DNA of 51,553 nt from Gemmatimonadota bacterium (GTDB lineage Bacteria > Gemmatimonadota > Gemmatimonadetes > Gemmatimonadales > GWC2-71-9). The stretch spans positions 1 to 51,553 of the forward strand of contig JBKPDZ010000132.1 of NCBI GenBank assembly GCA_046728135.1, read 5' to 3'. Position numbers and translations under genes: made by a program. A model generated the notes under the pieces. It saw only the letters and a list, made by a program, of their open reading frames with translations, was not told the DNA's origin and searched no databases. Shown one piece after another: positions 49,449 to 51,553 of this stretch (its first letter is position 1; each line of letters starts with the position of its first letter).

Positions 49449-50285
49449 GTGCAGGCGCTCGTCGCGGTGGTGCTGCTTCAGAGCGCGCTCGCTCTTCCGG
49501 GCCCTTCCAACACGCGGGATTCAAACCCCGAGGCGCTGCGCGCGTTGCGCGCGGGATTGGACACGCTCTACAGCGGGGACTTTGCCGGCGCCGCGAGCTA
49601 TTTCGCCGCGTTGGCGGAGCGCGATACCATGGATCCGGGGCCGCTCGTGTTCCAGGCCGGTGCGTACATCTGGTGGGCGTCCGCCAAAGACTCCGTCGAC
49701 TTCGAGCTCCGACGCATCGACTCGCTTCTGGGTGCCGCGCTCGCGCGCGCGCGGGGGGCCGGCAAGCCGGGAGAGTTCTGGCTCGCGACGGCGCTGGGCT
49801 ATCGGGCGCGCCAGCGCGAGGAAAACGGCCATGGCTACAGCGCGGCCAAAGACGCGAAGGCGATGCGCGACATCTATCGTCGCCTACTGGCTGCGGATTC
49901 TACATGTGCCGACTGCTACCTGGGGCTGGGCGTGTACGACTACGGGCTCGCCCGTGCCGGCGCCTTGGCTAGGGTTTTCGCACGCCTCATCGGCCTGGGG
50001 GGCGGCAACGCCGAACGGGGCATCCGGTACATGCGGCGCGTCGCGCATGATGGCGATCTGGCACGGGTCGAGGGCACGTGGGTGCTCGCGGCGGCGTTGA
50101 TGCGCGAAGCGGCGCGCGATCCGGCGGGTCGTGCCGTCCTGGAGCGCGAAGCGCGCGGCTACGTCGAGGGACTCGCGGCGCGTTATCCGCGCAATCCAGT
50201 GTTTCAGCGATTCTTGCGCGAGGTGCTCCCTCCCCGCGCGAATCGCCGTCCTGACACGGGAGCGGGGTTCGCTTGGACCGGTTGA
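49449..50285 (+). CDS. Secreted hypothetical alpha-helical (TPR-like) protein
   Basis: Signal peptide, helical repeats, DCYLGLGVYDY and RYPRNPVF. Confidence 0.65.
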   Translation: MQALVAVVLLQSALALPGPSNTRDSNPEALRALRAGLDTLYSGDFAGAASYFAALAERDTMDPGPLVFQAGAYIWWASAKDSVDFELRRIDSLLGAALARARGAGKPGEFWLATALGYRARQREENGHGYSAAKDAKAMRDIYRRLLAADSTCADCYLGLGVYDYGLARAGALARVFARLIGLGGGNAERGIRYMRRVAHDGDLARVEGTWVLAAALMREAARDPAGRAVLEREARGYVEGLAARYPRNPVFQRFLREVLPPRANRRPDTGAGFAWTG

Positions 50286-51553
50286 GCCAATCCGTACGCC
50301 GTCTGCTCCTGCTGTTCAGCCTGGCTGCGGTCTATTTTTTCGCCGCGAAGCTCGGGTTGCGATTCGCCTACATCAACAGCAGCGTCACCACGGTCTGGCC
50401 CCCGGCCGGCATCGCCCTCGCGGCCTTCGTCCTACTCGGGTACCGCGTGTGGCCCGCGATTCTCGGCGCCGCGTTCCTCGCGAACGTCACGACCACCGGC
50501 GGCGCGCTGCCGTCCATCGGGATCGCGATCGGCAATACCGCTGAGGGACTGCTCGGCTCCTACCTCGTCAACCGGTTCGCGCGGGGCGGGCGCGTCTTCG
50601 ATCGCGTCGGGGACATCCTCCGGTTTACGGCGCTGGCGGCACTCGTCAGTACGACCGTCTCGGCATCCATCGGCGTGACCTCGCTGGCGCTCGGCGGCTT
50701 GATGTCATGGGTCGATGCGCCACGCGTGTGGCTCACGTGGTGGCTGGGCGATGCCGTGGGCGACATCGTCGTCGCGCCCGCGCTGATCCTGTGGATTGGC
50801 GTCAAGCCGGGCCCGCGGTGGAATCGCGCCCAGGTGTTGGAAGCACTCGCGCTCGCTGCCATCACCGCCCTGGTGACGTACGCGATGTACGGCGGCCTGT
50901 TTCCCACGCGCCATTATCCCCTCACGGTGTTGCTCTGGCCGGTGCTGATCTGGGTCGCCTTCCGCTTCAGCCCGCGTGAGACGTCGGCCGCGATCGTCAT
51001 TGTGTCCGCGATCGCCATCGGGCGCACGCTGCAGGGTGTGGGTCCCTTCTCCATCTATAGCGCGAATGAACGGCTGGTGCTGCTTCAGGTCTGGACGGGC
51101 ATCACCGCCGTGACGAGTTTCGTGCTGGCCGCGGTCGTCGCCGTGCAGCGCGAGCTGCAAGGCACGTGGAAAGAGCTTGCCGTGACCGATGCGTTGACCG
51201 GACTCGCCAACCACCGCCACCTGGTGCAGTCGCTCGAGGGCGAAATCAAGCGCTCGCGCCGGACCGGGCAGCCGTTCGCCGTCGTGCTGCTCGACCTCGA
51301 CGGCCTGAAACAGATCAACGACCGCCACGGCCACCTCGCGGGGAGCCTGGCGATCCGGCGTGTCGCCGAGGCGCTGCTCGGCTCCTGCCGGGCGACGGAT
51401 ACCGCGGCGCGCTACGGCGGCGATGAGTTTGCGCTCGTACTGCCGGAGACGGGCGAGGCGGCGGCCTGGCACGTGGCCCGGGGCGTGGCGGACCGGCTGG
51501 CGACCGACGCCGAAAAGCCGAACTTGTCGATCAGTGCAGGGGTAGCAGTGTAC
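50282..51553 (+). CDS. MASE1-domain diguanylate cyclase, 3'-truncated by window edge (absent from the ORF track)
   Basis: TTG at 50282. VWPPAGIALA and WWLGDAVG (MASE1), then DLDGLKQIND, RATD I-site and RYGGDEF in the same frame. Confidence 0.92.
   Translation, partial: MSQSVRRLLLLFSLAAVYFFAAKLGLRFAYINSSVTTVWPPAGIALAAFVLLGYRVWPAILGAAFLANVTTTGGALPSIGIAIGNTAEGLLGSYLVNRFARGGRVFDRVGDILRFTALAALVSTTVSASIGVTSLALGGLMSWVDAPRVWLTWWLGDAVGDIVVAPALILWIGVKPGPRWNRAQVLEALALAAITALVTYAMYGGLFPTRHYPLTVLLWPVLIWVAFRFSPRETSAAIVIVSAIAIGRTLQGVGPFSIYSANERLVLLQVWTGITAVTSFVLAAVVAVQRELQGTWKELAVTDALTGLANHRHLVQSLEGEIKRSRRTGQPFAVVLLDLDGLKQINDRHGHLAGSLAIRRVAEALLGSCRATDTAARYGGDEFALVLPETGEAAAWHVARGVADRLATDAEKPNLSISAGVAVY

Noticed and set aside
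49514-49530. GCGGGATTCAAACCCCG resembling a reverse tRNA T-arm or att site
   Set aside because: No cloverleaf or integrase nearby, and it lies inside a CDS.

Overview
High-GC bacterial chromosomal window (roughly two-thirds GC by eye). Gene style suggests a Gemmatimonadota-like organism, which is inference only. It is densely coding, with about 46 CDS and no rRNA, tRNA, CRISPR array or transposase recognised. Contents in order: an EmrAB-type efflux pair, metallophosphoesterases, an M20 peptidase, a LeuA-like enzyme, DUF885, MFS/Kup/CstA transporters, a DUF5916 outer-membrane protein, an SDR, NAD-type isocitrate dehydrogenase, DUF4139, glutaryl-CoA dehydrogenase with EtfB/EtfA/ETF-QO, tandem MEDS-domain paralogs, a 13-gene minus-strand run (gpmI, beta-barrel, tupB/C-like, queD-like, fdhD, CoA-binding, mobA, mobB, moeA, GGDEF, M61, marC), then guaB, an orphan SusC-like receptor, an APC permease, nrnA, mrp and a MASE1-GGDEF protein. 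The most striking signal not explained by this gene list is a set of short palindromic or tandem-repeat elements, all lying in frame inside protein-coding genes. They are 28-bp GTAG REP-like palindromes and arrays of 7-, 8- and 10-bp units, three of them arranged as inverted arms, and they add peptide segments to loops and signal peptides. Other signals: a probable CTG start, a G8 tract that may frameshift the SDR, an overlapping zinc-ribbon gene, a Phe-rich leader peptide and leaderless-type promoters.
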